Assembly: GCF_009914755.1 (NCBI RefSeq)
Contig: NC_060938.1
Source of the DNA: the human T2T-CHM13v2.0 reference genome, Homo sapiens
Direction: 5' to 3' (one strand)
Length of the DNA: 64,000 bases
This document shows positions 59,812 to 64,000 of this stretch, in pieces (the stretch's first letter is position 1; every line of letters starts with the position of its first letter). The notes beneath the pieces are model-generated. The model saw only the letters and a program-made list of their open reading frames with translations, did not search any database and was not told where the DNA came from. A program made the translations under genes and the position numbers.

Positions 59812-59976
59812 CTTTTCTTTAGCGTTTTAGACTTGGTTTCCTTTAGTTTTTCTAATGCATTTAACATAGGTGATGCAGTATTTATCTGGCTAGTCCAATG
59901 TCTGGGATTCCTCAGAAACAGATTCTATTGACTTGTTTATTACTTGAGTATGAAATATATTTTCTTGTTTCTTTGA

Positions 59977-60319
<343 letters not shown>

Positions 60320-61908
60320 AAAAACTGGACATTTTAAATTACTAAATACTCTAACTCGGAAAGACAGATTCCCCCAGGATTGCAGCTGCTTATAGTTTTT
60401 GTTGCTCTTGGTGTGCTTCAGTGATTTTCCTCAATGAATTCAGTAAAGTCTGTGTTATTTTAGTTTTTAGGGCAACTGAAGTCTCTGCTTGCCTAGCCTA
60501 GTGGCCATCTAATGATTGGACAGATACTTCTCTAAGTGCCTAGATCCAATAAATATCCCAGGCTTTGCCAAGAAACTTTGTATGTGTTGGGTCATACCAC
60601 CAATAGACAAGCAGTGTTTATAACTCTGTCTTATCCTTCACTATCTACTTGCGTAGAACCTCATGGTCAACAGGAGGTGAGACCTGAGGGACTTCAAAGT
60701 TCTCTACTGTGTATGTCCACAACCCTGATTATAAGTACAACTTGACAATTCAACATGACTTTCTAGATTCCCAGGAACATTTTGTACATTTTCAAAGTCT
60801 CCTATGGACATTTAATTCCCACATCTTCATTTTTAGATTTCTTATCAGCATCTTGTTTGCCCCAATTATTGTCACTGTTAGGCAGTTGCATTATTAAACA
60901 ATTGTCATTGATCATTTTTCAGTAATGCCCCTGTGAAAAAGACAGTTTACACTGAGAAAAGTCTAATTTAGGTCAAATAATGACAAATCCTGTGAAAGAG
61001 GGTTCCTAGAGAATTACCAGACATATCACATAATAGCCATGTTCTGAGAACAGTGTTTGGAGGATTTCCAAACCTGTGTTGTCTACTCCAGTGGCTGCTA
61101 GCATTCAGATTTTCACTACTTTTGCAGGTTTGTGGAGCTAGGAAGGAGATGAGAACAGAACAAGCTAACAGGCTTACTTTTCTTACTAAAATTCAACTTT
61201 TCTTCCTGAGGTTCAGCTGTTTTTTCTGGAATAAATACTCCTTGGGTTATTGCAAGCTTTCTCTTATATTCCTTATATTCCAGGGTTCTGAAAAATTTCA
61301 AGTTTTACACTTTTTTTTTCAGAATTTGTTAATGCTCTTAAGGAGGAGTAGCTTTTAGAAGAGGCTTATTCCACCAACACCACTGATTTCACATAGCAAT
61401 GTTTTCTATTTTCAGTGTGTATGTTTTCCTCAATTTTTTGTGTTTAATTTATTCCTAAGTATTTTGTATTACTGATGCAATAATTTTTCTAAATTTCAGT
61501 TTCTAATGGTGCATTGCTATTGTATAACAATACATTTAGCTTTTGTAAATTAATCTCATATCCTTTGACCATTCTAAATTTATTTACTGATTGTAGAGGC
61601 ATTTTTATAGATAGGTTTTCAACACTCATAAGTAGGTCATCTGCGAATCATCCCAATTTTAATTTCTACTTTCCAATCTATGTAATTTTAATTTATTTTT
61701 TCTTGTCCTCTTTTATTGGCTAGATCCTCCAGTTACAATAGTAAATATAAGTAATTAAACAGACGTACATGTTTTGTTCCAGATCTTCAGGGGAAGGAAT
61801 TCAGTTCTTTATCATCAAGTTTGATGGTATCTTTGTACATTTTGAAGACATGTTTAGTAGGTTAAAGAAGTTATCTTCTCTTTTAAATTTTTGGAGCTCT
61901 TTTTTTAA

Positions 61909-61973
61909 TTAGGTTGGTGTAAAAATAGTTAAAAGTAATGGCAGAAATTGCAATTACTTTTACACGAACTTAA
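61909..61973. mobile_element. MADE1 (Hsmar1 MITE), internally deleted
   Basis: 'ttaggttggtgtaaaa..aatggcagaaattgcaattacttttacacgaacttaa' matches the MADE1 inverted repeats. Confidence 0.8.
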
Positions 61974-62854
61974 TATAAATGTATACTGAATTATGTTTTC
62001 TTTTTGCATCTTTTGAGATGAACCTATGGCTTTGCTTTTTTAGTACATTGTTTCATCTGTTGTTGATGTTGTTCTGGATGTTTGTGGCATATTCTAGGTT
62101 CTTTGTATGTCTGACTAATTTTGGATCTAAATGTTGTGTATTTTACAGAGATGGATGTTAAATTTTGTCATATTCCTTTAAATATTGTTTGTTGATCTTT
62201 GATCTGAACATGCTTAAATTAATTGGAGTAGTTTAATATTTTTCAGCCTTTTATAGAAAACCTTTTCAAGGATGAGTCAAGAGAAACTTTTAATTACAGA
62301 AGTGATACCATTCCAAGGCTCTACCTTTAGGAATAGATTAAAATTACATAGATGAATATAAAATATCATTCTGGTTTGACATGAAGTTGCTTATGTTGCC
62401 CTACGTTTTAAGAAGTCTTTCAACTCTGACTAAAACATAAGCTATTCCCAGCCCAGTGTGAACTCTGGAAATTGTTCTGCCAACTGCTTTTCAATGGTTC
62501 TTTCACCAATCTCAGCTAGTTTTTTCTCATGCATGCACAGATCAATATTCAGCTAAAGCCTGGAAGAGTTCCCTTCTACACAGCACCTTGTCTCTCCCTC
62601 TGTTCAACACTCTCTTCTCTGATAGTTTATGTCAAGTGCGTCCGTGTGAAGAGACCACCGAAACAGGCTTTGTGTGAGCAACAAGGCTGTTTATTCACTT
62701 GGGTGCAAGTGGGCTGAGTACGAAAAGAGAGTCAGCGAAGGGAGATGGGGAAGGGGTTGCTTTGTAAGAGTTGGGTAGGAAAATTACAGTAAAATGTGGT
62801 TATCTATTGTTAGCAGAGGAGGGGGTTACAAGGTACATGGTGGGGAGATCATAA

Positions 62855-63616
62855 TGAGAGACAGGACTAACTGGATTTCCTAGGTGGACTAAGAATTCCT
62901 AAGCCTAACTGGGGAAGGTGACCACACCACCTTTAAACATGGGGCTTGTAACTCAGCTCACACCTGACCAATCTGGTAGTAAAGAGGGCTCACTAAAATA
63001 CCAATTAGGCTAAAAGCAGGAGGTAAAGAAATAGTCAAATCATCTATCACCTGAGAGCACAGGGGGAGGGACAATGATAGGGATATAAAACCCAGACATT
63101 CAAGCTGGGAGTGGGCAACCCCCTTTGGATCCCCTCCCATTGTATGGGAGCTCTGTTTTCACTCTGTTAAATCTTCCAACTGCACACTCTTCCGGTCCGT
63201 GTTTGTTCCGGCTCGAGCTGAGCTTTCGCTCGCCGTCGACCACTGCTGAATGACACCGTCACAGACCCGCCACTGACTTCCATCCCTCTGAATCCGCCAG
63301 GGTGTCTGCTGTGTTTCTGATCCAGGGAGGCACCCGCTGCTGCTCCTGATGGGCTAGAGGCTCGCCATTGTTCCTGCTAGGCTAAGTGCCTGGGTTCGTC
63401 CTAATCGAGCTCAACACTAGTTGCTGGGTTCCACGGCTCTCTTCCATGACCCGCGGCTTCAAATAGAGCTAGAACACTCACCGCATGGCCGACGGTTCCA
63501 TTCCTTGGAATCCATGAGGCCAAGAACCCCAGGTCAGAGACCAAAGGCTTGCCGCCATCTTGGGAGCAGCCTGCCACCATCCTGGGAGCTCCAAGAACAA
63601 AGATCCACCTGTAACA
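62855..63616 (+). mobile_element. HERV-W solo LTR17, full length (762 bp)
   Basis: Starts 'tgagagacaggactaactggatttcctagg' and ends 'gtaaca'. Perfect 4 bp TSD ATAA at 62851-62854 and 63617-63620. Confidence 0.93.
62968..63090 (+). promoter_or_regulatory. LTR17 U3 core promoter elements (CCAAT x2, TATA)
   Basis: CCAAT at 62968-62972 and 63001-63005, TATAAAA at 63084-63090. Activity is not shown by the sequence. Confidence 0.5.
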
Positions 63617-63972
63617 ATAAGATTTATTGTCCAGAAGAAGAATGTCACAAGGTCGATTGATCAGGTAAGGTAGGGCAGGGACAGTCACAGTGGTGGAATG
63701 TTGTAATGTTGGTTAATCAGTTAAGGCAGGAACTGACTGTTTTACTTCTTTTGTGGTTTTTCGGCTGCCACAGACTTCTTGGCTCCTGCAGGCCATCTGG
63801 ACATATATGTGCAGGTCACAGGGGTTACAATGGCTGAGCTTCGGCTCAGAGGCCTGACAGTTTACTCCATAAATTCTAGTTGCTTTGATCTCCCAGCTCG
63901 TTCGGTCTTTGTCTCGCCTATTCAGCAAGGGTGCTATGTTTAGGTTCCTATTCTGTTTGACCTAGAAAATGA

Positions 63973-64000
63973 GGTCAGGCAAAGTGACTTATGCCTGTAA
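63973..64000 (+). mobile_element. Start of an Alu cut by the window edge
   Basis: 'ggtcaggcaaagtgacttatgcctgtaa' is a decayed Alu 5' end. Confidence 0.7.

Larger units (their letters stand above)
62630..63859 (-). mobile_element. HERV-H solo LTR7 (LTR7C-like), split by LTR17
   Basis: Halves at 62630-62854 and 63621-63859 (464 bp joined). Termini 'tgtcaagtgcgtccgtgtgaagagaccacc' and 'ctcagaggcctgaca'. Perfect 5 bp TSD GTTTA at 62625-62629 and 63860-63864. Confidence 0.93.

Overview
AT-rich, repeat-dense primate DNA, most likely human: it contains an L1 with the human-specific pre-Ta diagnostics (ACG/G). I can recognise no host protein-coding gene, RNA gene or CRISPR array. The long ORFs in the track are L1 ORF2, L1 ORF1, ERV integrase, MaLR or Alu-derived frames. 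The window is a layered stack of mobile elements: about 12 Alu/FLAM copies, three young 5'-truncated L1s (one L1HS pre-Ta, two L1PA2-like), several kb of older L1, a decayed ~8 kb ERV1 provirus carrying nested THE1/L1/MER4 insertions, a two-LTR MaLR (MLT1A-like), a HERV-W LTR17 inserted inside a HERV-H LTR7, and small DNA-transposon relics. I find no evidence of a new biological system. The most interesting signals are retrotransposition structures readable at base level: (i) an L1 with both a 5' inversion and a ~177 bp 3' transduction; (ii) a pre-Ta L1 capped by a 20 nt piece from about 2.6 kb further upstream in ORF2; (iii) a nested LTR17/LTR7 that could form a composite promoter and first exon. 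Subfamily names come from recalled consensus diagnostics, not an alignment run, and boundaries of old repeats are approximate.
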